DNA of 61,022 bases, filler included. It is 5 parts of 5 records of this genome, joined end to end, with 100 filler letters (N's around TTAATTAATTAA, not from the genome) between each part and the next. Parts side by side here need not be neighbours in the genome. Positions count along the whole stretch, not along the records: positions 43,304 to 61,022 come from DRR723986_6217; 4 more parts are not named here. One strand, given 5' to 3'. Shown one piece after another: positions 48,562 to 57,773 of the stretch. Below the pieces are notes generated by a model. It saw nothing but the letters and a program-made list of their open reading frames with translations, was not told the origin of the DNA and ran no database searches. The translations under genes and the position numbers were made by a program. How positions within the stretch are numbered: position 1 is the first letter of the stretch; each line of letters opens with the position of its first letter.

Positions 48562-49761
48562 ATGAACCGCAGACCATTCCTGAAACTGACCAGCGCCCTG
48601 GCAATTGCAGCGGCGCTTGCAGGCACTGCCGCTGCCGCAGACACCATCCGTATCGGCGCGGTTGCGCCACGTACCGGCCCGCTCGCGGGCGGCGCCACCG
48701 TCACACAATGGCCTTCAATCGAACTCTGGGTCCACCAGGTAAACGAGGCCGGTGGCCTAAACGTCGATGGCGAAATGATGATGATCGAGCTGATCGAATA
48801 CGACGATCAGACCAATCCCGGCGAGACAATCCGCGCAGTGCAGCGGCTGGCGACGCAAGACGAAGCGCATTTCATTATCGCGCCCTACGGCACCGGCCTG
48901 AACCTTGCTGCGGCACCGATCTTCGACCGCTACGGCTATCCGCAGATCGCGGTGTCGGCGATCACCGACCAGCAACCCAGCTTGTCCGATCAATTCCCCA
49001 ACATGTTCTTCACCCTCGGCACCACCTCGGCGCTAGCCGAAGATCTGGTCGGCGTACTGACCGACATGCGCGATGCGGGCCAGCTGGGCAACCGCGTGGC
49101 TATGGTCAACGTAGCCGACGCTTTCGGGATCGAGCTTGCGACCGCCGCGCGCCCGGTGTTCGAGGAGGCGGGTTTCGAGATCGTCTATGAAACCTCCTAC
49201 CCCCTTGGTACGCAGGACCTTTCGCCCGTCATCAACGGTGCCGCAGCGGCAGAGCCCGATGCCTTCGTGGCATGGTCCTACCCGCCCGACACCTTTGGTC
49301 TGACCGAACAAGCGATGATCGCGGGTCTTGATGTGGATGCCTTCTACACGGCCGTGGCTACCCCCTTCCCGGGCTATGGCGCGCGCTTCGGCCCGGCAGC
49401 AGAGGGTGTATTGGGTGCCGGTGGTGTCAACCCTGACAGCGAAGCGTTCCAAGCCTATGCCGAAGCGCATATGGAAGTGACAGGACAAGCGCCCGACTAC
49501 TGGGCGTCTGCCACCACCTATGCGTCGCTCGAGATCTTGGCGCAGTCGATCGAGGCCGTGGGCCTTGACCGTGAAGCGGTGTCAGGCCACCTGCGTGAAG
49601 CGACTTTCGAGACCATCTTGGGGCCGATCAGCTTCGATGAAGACAATTCCAACCCAGATTTCTGGACCGTCGGTCAGTGGCAAGGCGGCGTGTTCCGTGG
49701 CGTCGCATCCCGCGGTCGTGACGGCGCGGTTCCTGTCATCGTGAAAGATGGCTGGGAGTAA
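48562..49761 (+). CDS. ABC transporter substrate-binding protein (LivK/HAAT type), Tat-like signal
   Basis: MNRRPFLK leader; IRIGAVAPRTGPLAGG, IEYDDQT. Confidence 0.9.
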   Translation: MNRRPFLKLTSALAIAAALAGTAAAADTIRIGAVAPRTGPLAGGATVTQWPSIELWVHQVNEAGGLNVDGEMMMIELIEYDDQTNPGETIRAVQRLATQDEAHFIIAPYGTGLNLAAAPIFDRYGYPQIAVSAITDQQPSLSDQFPNMFFTLGTTSALAEDLVGVLTDMRDAGQLGNRVAMVNVADAFGIELATAARPVFEEAGFEIVYETSYPLGTQDLSPVINGAAAAEPDAFVAWSYPPDTFGLTEQAMIAGLDVDAFYTAVATPFPGYGARFGPAAEGVLGAGGVNPDSEAFQAYAEAHMEVTGQAPDYWASATTYASLEILAQSIEAVGLDREAVSGHLREATFETILGPISFDEDNSNPDFWTVGQWQGGVFRGVASRGRDGAVPVIVKDGWE

Positions 49762-49776
49762 ACCTCCCGGCCCGTC

Positions 49777-49798
49777 GGGGCGGCCCAAGCGCCGCCCC
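49777..49798 (+). other. Intra-operon hairpin after the binding-protein gene
   Basis: GGGGCGGC-CCAAGC-GCCGCCCC with no U-tract; typical mRNA-stabilising stem. Confidence 0.55.
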
Positions 49799-49827
49799 AA
49801 CCATTCCCTAACCTAAGGTGGTTCTGC

Positions 49828-50694
49828 GTGGACATACTGATCACAGGCCTCTTGTTGGGCGGCACCTACGCGCTGATCGCGATGGGCCTGAACCTGCAAT
49901 ACGGTGTGGCGCGGATCATGAATCTCGCCAATGGAGAGATCCTCGTTGCGGGCGGCTACGTGGCCTTCATCGCCTATACCTCGGCGCAACTCAGCCCGCT
50001 TCTGACGATCTTCCTCGTGGCGCCGCTCGCCTTCGGGGTGAACTGGCTGATCTACCGGATTATGCTACAGCCGTTGGTAAGCCGCGCCAAAACGCGCGGC
50101 CAACTGGAGACTGACAGCATCCTCGCCACCTTCGGGTTGTCCTTCGTGGGTGTGGGCCTGATGCTCAGCTTCTTCGGCGGCGATTACTTCTCCTATAGCT
50201 TCATGGCGGTGCCGCTGGAGATCCTCGGCAACTCCTACGGCGCCAATCGCGCGATTTCCTTCGCCATGGCCTTCTTGATCTGCGGCGCGCTTTACCTTTG
50301 GCTCAACCGCTCCCGCGCGGGGCTGTCTATCCGGGCCATCGCAACAGCACCCGCATCGGCGCGGCTGGTGGGCATTGACGTGAAACGCCTGTCTGCTTTG
50401 GCCTTCGCGCTCGGTGGCGCGGTGACCGCGGTCGGTGGTGCGCTCATCTCCAGTTACCTGACGCTGGATGCATCGGTGGGCGTGGTCTTCACCCTCAAGG
50501 CGCTGATCATAGTCATTATGGGCGGCGTAGGTGACGTACGCGGTACCATCATCGCGGCATTGCTTCTGGGCGTGCTGGAAACAACCGTCGCCACGCTCAT
50601 CGACCCCGGCCTTACTCTGGCGGCGGCGTATGTGATGTTCCTGGGCATCTTGCTCTTCCGCCCACAGGGCCTATTCGGGCGGAAAACAACATGA
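49828..50694 (+). CDS. ABC transporter permease (LivH-like)
   Basis: YALIAMGLNLQYGVARIMNLANGE, IMGGVG, FRPQGLFG. Confidence 0.92.
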   Translation: MDILITGLLLGGTYALIAMGLNLQYGVARIMNLANGEILVAGGYVAFIAYTSAQLSPLLTIFLVAPLAFGVNWLIYRIMLQPLVSRAKTRGQLETDSILATFGLSFVGVGLMLSFFGGDYFSYSFMAVPLEILGNSYGANRAISFAMAFLICGALYLWLNRSRAGLSIRAIATAPASARLVGIDVKRLSALAFALGGAVTAVGGALISSYLTLDASVGVVFTLKALIIVIMGGVGDVRGTIIAALLLGVLETTVATLIDPGLTLAAAYVMFLGILLFRPQGLFGRKTT

Positions 50695-51623
50695 GCCTTG
50701 ACGTCTCTGACATCCGCAACCTCTTGCTGGCTGGCCTTGCGCTGGCGATCTGTGCTGGACTGCCGCTGGTTGATCAGGGCTATTGGCTTGGTCTTGGAGT
50801 AACTGTGGCCATGTTCACTGTGCTCGCGACCTCTTGGGCGCTGTTTTCCGGCCCGACCCATTACATAAGCCTCGCCACGGCAGCTTTCTTCGGGGTCGGC
50901 ACCTATGTGACCGGCCTTGGGTTCGAGACCTTGCCGTTCTGGCTGCTGATTGCGATTGCAGGGGTCATCGGTGCGGTGTTGGCCGCGTTGGTAGGGCTTG
51001 CGACCCTGCGCCTGTCGGGCGTGTATTTCGTGATCTTCACGCTTGGATTGGCTGAACTTGTTCGGCAGGTGATAACTTGGGTGCAGAACTCCACTGGGCA
51101 ACGCGGCCTCTACGTGTTGATGGATCTGGACGAGGCCGATATCTACTGGTGCCTGTTGGCGCTCGCCACCGCGGTGTTCCTGACTGGGTGGTTGGTCGCG
51201 CGGGCGCGCCTTGGTTTTGCGCTTCGTATCATCGGGGATGACGAAACCGTCGCAGCCCATTCCGGAATTAACACCGCATTGGCCAAGGTGCTGTTGTTCA
51301 TGGTGCCGGGGGCCGTCGCCGCGATGACCGGGGCCATTCTGGCACCGCGCTATGTCTACATTGAACCCTCGCTTGCCTTCGCCCCGATCCTTTCTTTCCA
51401 GGTGGTGATCATGGCGCTACTGGGCGGGGCCTCTCGCCTCTGGGGGCCGCTGATGGGCGTGATCCCCTTCACGATCCTACTGGAAACCGTCTCCTCCAAC
51501 TTTCCCAATCAGACGACGCTGGTGATCGGCCTCGCCTTTCTTGTCATCGTCTATTTCCTACCCAATGGGTTCGTTGGCTTGCTGGACCGTGGACTTGCCC
51601 GCTTCAACAGAGGGGGGGATTGA
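50691..51623 (+). CDS. ABC transporter permease (LivM-like)
   Basis: ISLATAAFFGVGTY, LRLSGVYFVIFTL, LLGG, LPNGFVG. Confidence 0.92.
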   Translation: MSLDVSDIRNLLLAGLALAICAGLPLVDQGYWLGLGVTVAMFTVLATSWALFSGPTHYISLATAAFFGVGTYVTGLGFETLPFWLLIAIAGVIGAVLAALVGLATLRLSGVYFVIFTLGLAELVRQVITWVQNSTGQRGLYVLMDLDEADIYWCLLALATAVFLTGWLVARARLGFALRIIGDDETVAAHSGINTALAKVLLFMVPGAVAAMTGAILAPRYVYIEPSLAFAPILSFQVVIMALLGGASRLWGPLMGVIPFTILLETVSSNFPNQTTLVIGLAFLVIVYFLPNGFVGLLDRGLARFNRGGD

Positions 51624-51626
51624 ACC

Positions 51627-52358
51627 ATGGCGCAGACCGTCCTTTCACTGAAAAACGTCACCAAGCGCTTCGGCGGGCTGGTTGCCGTCAGCGCGATGGA
51701 TTTCGATGTGGCCGAGCATGAGGTCATGGGCCTTCTCGGCCCCAACGGCTCAGGCAAATCCACGACACTGAACCTGATCTCCGGTGCCCTACCGCTGAGC
51801 TCGGGTAATATCACGTTGAGCGGCAATCGAATTTCCGGCCAGCGCGCGCAGACCATCACCCGTAAGGGCATCAGCCGGACGTTCCAGCTTGTGCGACTTC
51901 TGCCGTCAATGAACGTGCGTGAAAACGTCATTGCTGGGGCCGTCTTCGGCCACCGTCGCCGCTGGGGGCGCGAGGCTCGCGACCATGCCGAAATGCTGCT
52001 GGACAAGGTCGGCCTCGGGGGCAAGGGCGACATGCGCGTGGGGCAACTGACCTATATCGATACCAAGCGGGTGGAACTTGCCCGCACATTGGCCAGCGAT
52101 CCCAAAGTGTTGCTGCTGGATGAATGGTTGGCGGGCCTGAACCCGACGGAGTTGCAGACCGGCATCGCCCTGATCCGGTCCTTGCGTGACGAAGGCCGCA
52201 CGATCATCCTTGTGGAACACGTCATGGACGCAATCCGCTCGCTTTGTGACCGCTGCGTGGTGATGGCCGCAGGGGCCAAGATTGCCGAGGGGACGCCGAC
52301 GCAGGTGCTTTCGGACCGCGAAGTGATCCGCGCCTATCTGGGGGATGACGATGCTTGA
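51627..52358 (+). CDS. ABC transporter ATPase (LivG-like)
   Basis: KRFGGLVAV, GPNGSGKST, LLLDEWLAGL, VIRAYLG. Confidence 0.93.
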   Translation: MAQTVLSLKNVTKRFGGLVAVSAMDFDVAEHEVMGLLGPNGSGKSTTLNLISGALPLSSGNITLSGNRISGQRAQTITRKGISRTFQLVRLLPSMNVRENVIAGAVFGHRRRWGREARDHAEMLLDKVGLGGKGDMRVGQLTYIDTKRVELARTLASDPKVLLLDEWLAGLNPTELQTGIALIRSLRDEGRTIILVEHVMDAIRSLCDRCVVMAAGAKIAEGTPTQVLSDREVIRAYLGDDDA

Positions 52359-53511
52359 ACTCTCCGACATCTCCGTCAGGTACGGGCAACACCGCGCGCT
52401 GGAAGGGGTCTCTGTCAAGGTCGCCAAAGGCGAGATCGTTGTGATCCTGGGCGCAAATGGCGCGGGGAAATCCACGCTTCTCAAGGCCGCCAGCGGCATT
52501 TGTGAGGGCGTGGTACAGGGTTCCGTCCGTCTGGATGGGACTGATCTGAGCGCGCTGCCGCCCAACAAGATCGTCGATGCGGGGCTGGCTTTGGTCCCCG
52601 AAGGCCGCGGTGTCTTCGCAGATCTGACCGTGCGAGAGAACCTGACCCTTGGTGCCTATTCTGCCCGCGCGCGCGACGAGGAACGCCAGACACTCGAACG
52701 CGTCTATGCGCTGTTTCCCAAGCTGCGTGAGCGCGCAAAGCAGGTCGTGCGCAGCATGTCGGGGGGCGAGCAACAGATGGTCGCCATCGGTCGCGCCATG
52801 ATGTCGAACCCGACGATCCTGACGCTGGATGAGCCCTCCCTTGGCCTGTCGCCGCTGCTGTCCAGAGAGCTTTTCCAAAACCTCGCCAAGGTGCGTGACG
52901 TCGGGATCGGCGTGCTGATGGTGGAGCAGAACGCCAAGCAGTCGCTGGCCATCGCGGATCGGGGTTACCTCATTGAGAACGCCCATGTGGTGCATGAGGA
53001 TACTGCTGCGAACCTCATGCAGGACCCCGCCGTACAAGCGGCCTATCTGGGCGCCGGCGCAAGCGAAGCCCCTGTCACCCACCGTTCGCCGGAGGCAGAG
53101 GAGGCAACTCCGCCTGAACCCAATGTGGCGTTCGAGGTCCGCCCGCGCAGCAGCCAGACCAAATCAGCCGACGCAATCCTCGGTCGCTCGGTTGCGGACC
53201 TTGTGGCCTCCGCCAGCCAGCAAAGCGCGGCGTCGACAGCGCACAATCGGCCCGCGCCCGGCGCCTCCGCCCAAGTGCCTGCCGATCGGCTATCGGGTGC
53301 CATGGCCGAGATCGAGCGTGCCGCGCAGGCCGCGCGCAATCGGCCCCGGTCCTCCGCGCCGTTGCGCACCAGCACCAACACCGGCGCGGCGCCCGCACCG
53401 CCACCTGCGCCGAAAGGCCCAAAACCCGCCCCCGTGATCGAAGTCTACCGCGCGCCTCGCGTGGAAGTGTATCGCCGCCAGCCCGATGGCTCCGGCTTTG
53501 AAAGGACCTGA
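52351..53511 (+). CDS. ABC transporter ATPase (LivF-like) with ~150-aa C-terminal extension
   Basis: GANGAGKST, MSGGEQQM, LDEPSLGL, VQAAYLG, then a Pro/Ala/Ser-rich tail. Confidence 0.9.
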   Translation: MLELSDISVRYGQHRALEGVSVKVAKGEIVVILGANGAGKSTLLKAASGICEGVVQGSVRLDGTDLSALPPNKIVDAGLALVPEGRGVFADLTVRENLTLGAYSARARDEERQTLERVYALFPKLRERAKQVVRSMSGGEQQMVAIGRAMMSNPTILTLDEPSLGLSPLLSRELFQNLAKVRDVGIGVLMVEQNAKQSLAIADRGYLIENAHVVHEDTAANLMQDPAVQAAYLGAGASEAPVTHRSPEAEEATPPEPNVAFEVRPRSSQTKSADAILGRSVADLVASASQQSAASTAHNRPAPGASAQVPADRLSGAMAEIERAAQAARNRPRSSAPLRTSTNTGAAPAPPPAPKGPKPAPVIEVYRAPRVEVYRRQPDGSGFERT

Positions 53512-53512
53512 G

Positions 53513-54988
53513 ATGTTGGACACACACACCCAAGCGCCCGCGATCAAGGGCATGTTCATCGGCGGCGAATGGATCCCCGGAAGTCGTATGTTCGACGATA
53601 TCAACCCCTCCACAGGCGCGCTCTGGGCGCAGATCCCCGACGGAGGCCGTTCAGAGACGCGCGCGGCCATCGACGCGGCACAAGCGGCGTTTCCCGCATG
53701 GGCAGCGCTGCATTTTCAGGACCGTGCGCGAATTCTGCTCAAGGCCGCCGATATCTGGGAGCGCCGCAAGATGGATTTCGTGGCTGCCGCGCAAGCCGAA
53801 GGCGGCGGCTGGTTCGGCAAGGGCATGTTCGAGGCGGGCTATGTGCCCGAAGTGTTCCGCGCTGCTGCCGCGATGTGCTACAATGCGGTGGGTGAGATGT
53901 TGCCCTCGTCCCACGGTAAGGTGTCGATGGTGGAACGGGTGCCGATGGGCGTTGTCTCTGTCATCAGCCCGTGGAACATGCCCGGCATCCTGACCTCGCG
54001 CGGCTTTGCCTTCCCACTTGCGGCCGGCAATACCATCGTGCTGAAGCCTTCCGAGGATACGCCCTATTCCGGCGGCCTCTACTTTGCCGAAATCATGGAA
54101 GAGGCGGGGGTGCCCAAGGGCGTGTTCAACGTCATCACCTGCTCCCGTGACCGCGTGGGCGAGATGGGCGATGAAATGGTCGAAAACCCGTTGGTGAAGG
54201 GTATCTCATTCACCGGGTCAACGCCTGTGGGTCGTCAGATCGCCGCCAAGGCGGGCGCGCATCTCAAGAAAGCCTGTGTGGAATTGGGCGGCAAGGACAG
54301 TCTGATCGTGCTGGAAGATGCAGACATGGACCGCGCCACCTCTGCCGCCAGCTTCGGGGCGTTCATGCATCAGGGGCAGATCTGCATGTCCGTTGAAAAG
54401 GTGCTGGTCCATGAGCGCATCTACCCCGAGTTTCTGCGCCAGTTCGTCGCCCGCGCGGCCAAGCTGAAGACCGGCGACACCGCCGATCAGGCCAACGTCA
54501 TCGGCCCGCTGATCAATGACCGGCAGGTGGAGCGCGTGAAATTCCAGATCGAGGACGCACTGTCCAAGGGCGCAAAGGCGCTACTGGGTGGCCATATCCA
54601 AGGTCGCTTCGTGGAGCCTACGATCCTCACCAACGTGACGCCCGACATGGCTGTTTGGCAGGACGAAACCTTCGGCCCCGTTGCGGTCGTGGTGCCGTTC
54701 AAGACGGACACCGAGGCCATCGCACTCAACAATGATACGGAATACGGGCTGAGTTCCGGAATCATCACGGCGGATGAAAACCGCGCTTTGGAGATGTCGC
54801 GCAAGCTGGAAACCGGCATGTGCCACGTCAATTGCTCGTCGGTCAACGATGAGCCGCACGTCCCGTTTGGGGGCTCCAAGGCTTCGGGCGTGGGCAAACA
54901 CGGGGGGAAATGGTCGATGGAAACCTTCACCGAGACGCGCTGGATCACGCTCGATCGCGGCCACCGTCCATTCCCGCCGGTGTTCTGA
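53513..54988 (+). CDS. Aldehyde dehydrogenase (benzaldehyde/vanillin dehydrogenase-like)
   Basis: ISPWNMP, LKPSEDTP, SFTGSTPVG, ELGGKD, HQGQICMS, DETFGP, PFGGSKASG. Confidence 0.9.
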   Translation: MLDTHTQAPAIKGMFIGGEWIPGSRMFDDINPSTGALWAQIPDGGRSETRAAIDAAQAAFPAWAALHFQDRARILLKAADIWERRKMDFVAAAQAEGGGWFGKGMFEAGYVPEVFRAAAAMCYNAVGEMLPSSHGKVSMVERVPMGVVSVISPWNMPGILTSRGFAFPLAAGNTIVLKPSEDTPYSGGLYFAEIMEEAGVPKGVFNVITCSRDRVGEMGDEMVENPLVKGISFTGSTPVGRQIAAKAGAHLKKACVELGGKDSLIVLEDADMDRATSAASFGAFMHQGQICMSVEKVLVHERIYPEFLRQFVARAAKLKTGDTADQANVIGPLINDRQVERVKFQIEDALSKGAKALLGGHIQGRFVEPTILTNVTPDMAVWQDETFGPVAVVVPFKTDTEAIALNNDTEYGLSSGIITADENRALEMSRKLETGMCHVNCSSVNDEPHVPFGGSKASGVGKHGGKWSMETFTETRWITLDRGHRPFPPVF

Positions 54989-55794
54989 TGGGCTGGGAAC
55001 GGGCACAAATCCTTAAGGGCAAGACGATCCTCGTGACAGGCTCCGCTTCGGGCATCGGGTTCGAAACAGCACGGGTCTGCACCGCCATGGGCGCGCGGGT
55101 GCTTGGCGTCGATGTGACCAAACGTTTCGATCATGTAGAAGAATTCTACCGCGCCGACTTGTCGGATGGGGCCACGATCGACGCGCTGATCGACGTGCTG
55201 CCGAAAGGCATAGACGGCATTGCCAATATCGCGGGTCTTCCGCCGACAGCACCCGCCGAGAAGGTGCTGGCGGTAAACCTCTTCGGGTTGAAGCACCTCA
55301 CACTTGGGCTGATCCCCAAACTCAACAATGGCGCCAGTATCGTGAACCTCGCATCGCTGGCGGGCTTCGGCTGGCCAGACGCGATCTCCGCGATCCGGGC
55401 CAGCGAAACGGTGCATGTGGACGATGCCGCGCGCTTCACGTCCGAGCATCAGATCACGAATGAGGGCGGTCGCAGTTACTTTTTCTCCAAAGAAGCGCTG
55501 ATTGCCTGGACGATGCAAAATCGCTGGACGTGGCGCGACCGGGGTATCCGGATGAACAGCCTTAGTCCTGGACCGGTGGACACGCCCATCCTGGGCGATT
55601 TCCTGGAAACGCTGGGGGCGAGGGCCGAAGAAGACGCCCGAACCATGGACCGACCCGGCACACCCCAGGACCTCGCCCCCATCATCGCCTTCCTGCTGTC
55701 TGACATGACGGCGTGGATCCGTGGTACCAACATACCCGCCGACGGCGGCATGTCATCCAACATCCTGTGCGAGATGCACGGGCTGTTATCTTGA
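54988..55794 (+). CDS. SDR, coniferyl-alcohol/3-alpha-hydroxysteroid dehydrogenase-like
   Basis: VTGSASGIG, NIAGLPPT, VNLASLAG, YFFSK catalytic motif, PGPVDTPIL; TGATG coupling to the upstream gene. Confidence 0.85.
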   Translation: MGWERAQILKGKTILVTGSASGIGFETARVCTAMGARVLGVDVTKRFDHVEEFYRADLSDGATIDALIDVLPKGIDGIANIAGLPPTAPAEKVLAVNLFGLKHLTLGLIPKLNNGASIVNLASLAGFGWPDAISAIRASETVHVDDAARFTSEHQITNEGGRSYFFSKEALIAWTMQNRWTWRDRGIRMNSLSPGPVDTPILGDFLETLGARAEEDARTMDRPGTPQDLAPIIAFLLSDMTAWIRGTNIPADGGMSSNILCEMHGLLS

Positions 55795-55810
55795 ACCGGA
55801 GGCCTTCCCC

Positions 55811-57367
55811 ATGACTGCATTGGCTTGGATCATCATCATTCTGGTTGTGCTTGCGATCTTCATCGCCCTGGCCGCAGCCTTCTATCAGCGCGCGACGAAT
55901 GAGGTGGCACTTGTGCGCACGGGCCTAGGCCACAGGCGCGTCGTGATCGACGGCGGCGTTCTGGCGATCCCGTATTTCCATGAGATCAACCGGGTGAACA
56001 TGCAGACACTACGTATGGATGTGGCCCGTGTCGGTGAATCGTCCCTCATCACCAAGGATCGTCTGCGTGTGGATGTGGGTGCGGAGTTTTTCGCCAGCGT
56101 CACGCCCAACGACGACGCCGTGACACGCGCGGCCCAAACGCTGGGCAAGCGCGTCTTCCAGCCCGAAGAACTCAAGGGTCTGATCGACGGCATGATGATC
56201 GACGCTCTGCGGTCGGTCGCGGCCCAGATGACGATGGATGAATTGCATGAGAACCGCTCCAACTTCGTGCAGCAGGTGCGCGAGGTTTTGACAAAGACGC
56301 TCGCGAACTACGGCTTGCAGCTTGATAACGTGTCCCTCACCGCGCTGGACCAGACGCCCTTCGCAGCCCTTGACGAAAACAACGCCTTCAATGCGGTAGG
56401 TATGCGAAAACTGGCTGAAGTGATTGCCAAATCCAAGAAGGAACGTGCCGAGATCGAAGGCGATAGTCAGGTATCGGTCGCCCGCGCAGCCATGGAGGCG
56501 GAGCGGCGCAAGCTGGAGATCAACCTCGAGCAGCGCCGTGCTGAAATAGCCCAGACTCAGGAGATCGAGACGCTGGTCGCTGCTCAAATCTCGGAAATCG
56601 CTGCGCGCAAGGCCGACAGCGAACGGGCCGCCGCCCGCTCCCGCATCCAGATGGAGCAAGACATCGCCAGCGCCGACATTGCTAAGGAACAGATCCTGCG
56701 CGAAGCTGAGATTGCTCAGGCCTTGGCCCTTGAGGTCGCCGAACAGAACCGCGCGATAGCGTTCGCTTCTAAGTCGCAGGAAGAAAGCAAGGCCCATGCC
56801 GATGCCGATACCGCGCGGATTGAAGCTGTTAAAGCGGCCGAGGCCGTCCAGACGGCCCGCCAAATGGCCGAGGCCGACCGCCGCAAGGCACTCGCGCTAA
56901 TGGCAGCGCAGGAACAGGCCGAAGCAGCCGCCGCCCGCGCCGCGATCATGGCGGCAAGCGACAAGGCCACCGCCTCTGACAAGACCGCCGCCAAGCGGGA
57001 GGAAGCCGAGGCCGTCAAAGTCATGCGCCTAGCCGAGGTCGAGGCCAACCGCGCCCAGATCGACGCCGAGAATGCGCGCTCAGAAGCGCAGGTCGCGATG
57101 GAGTTGGAATTGGCACGCCTCAAAGCGATGCCGCTGGTTTTGGCCGAAATGGTCAAGCCTGCCGAAAAGATTGATGGCATCTCGGTCAATCACTTCACCG
57201 GGGTCGGCCGGGCCGAGGGAGGACAGGCCACGTCACCGGTAAATCAAACGGTCGATGCAATTCTTGATATGGCGGTGTCGCTTCCGGCCATGCAGAAGTT
57301 GGGTGATGCCGTTGGCGTGAACTTGGAAAAGACATTGTCCCCCAAAAAGGGCAAGGATGACAAATGA
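55811..57367 (+). CDS. Flotillin/SPFH domain protein
   Basis: GGAGG RBS; N-terminal TM; VRTGLG, LITKDRLRVDV, DALRSVAAQMTMDELHENR, NNAFNAVGM; long Ala/Glu coiled coil. Confidence 0.92.
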   Translation: MTALAWIIIILVVLAIFIALAAAFYQRATNEVALVRTGLGHRRVVIDGGVLAIPYFHEINRVNMQTLRMDVARVGESSLITKDRLRVDVGAEFFASVTPNDDAVTRAAQTLGKRVFQPEELKGLIDGMMIDALRSVAAQMTMDELHENRSNFVQQVREVLTKTLANYGLQLDNVSLTALDQTPFAALDENNAFNAVGMRKLAEVIAKSKKERAEIEGDSQVSVARAAMEAERRKLEINLEQRRAEIAQTQEIETLVAAQISEIAARKADSERAAARSRIQMEQDIASADIAKEQILREAEIAQALALEVAEQNRAIAFASKSQEESKAHADADTARIEAVKAAEAVQTARQMAEADRRKALALMAAQEQAEAAAARAAIMAASDKATASDKTAAKREEAEAVKVMRLAEVEANRAQIDAENARSEAQVAMELELARLKAMPLVLAEMVKPAEKIDGISVNHFTGVGRAEGGQATSPVNQTVDAILDMAVSLPAMQKLGDAVGVNLEKTLSPKKGKDDK

Positions 57368-57773
57368 CCGAGCCCGGTTCACTTGGCTAGGCAGCAAACG
57401 CGATAGGCTTTATCCAATTCCTCGCAAGCGTCGTATTGGCGGCAACGGTGTTGTCAGAGAAAACTGGTCTGGTAGGTTTCCCAGTAGGAATTTCAGTGCT
57501 GTTCGTCGTCTTTGCGTGACTATAGTCAAGCAAAATAGAGAAACTTGCCCATGCGGTGAAGCAGAGCGGGGGCGAGACCACTTCAACGCGGCAAGTCTGA
57601 CAATACGCGAATGGCTTCTTCAGGGAAACCGCTCCGCAGCGTCGAAGGCTCTGACGAACGGAAGCAAAGGGCCGTCTTTACGATGGACAGACCTCCTGGA
57701 CAGGGTGGTGGAGAGCCATCTTTCGCTGAAAGCACGCTCTGTGTAGGCCAAGGCAAGGGAATCTGACATCCAC

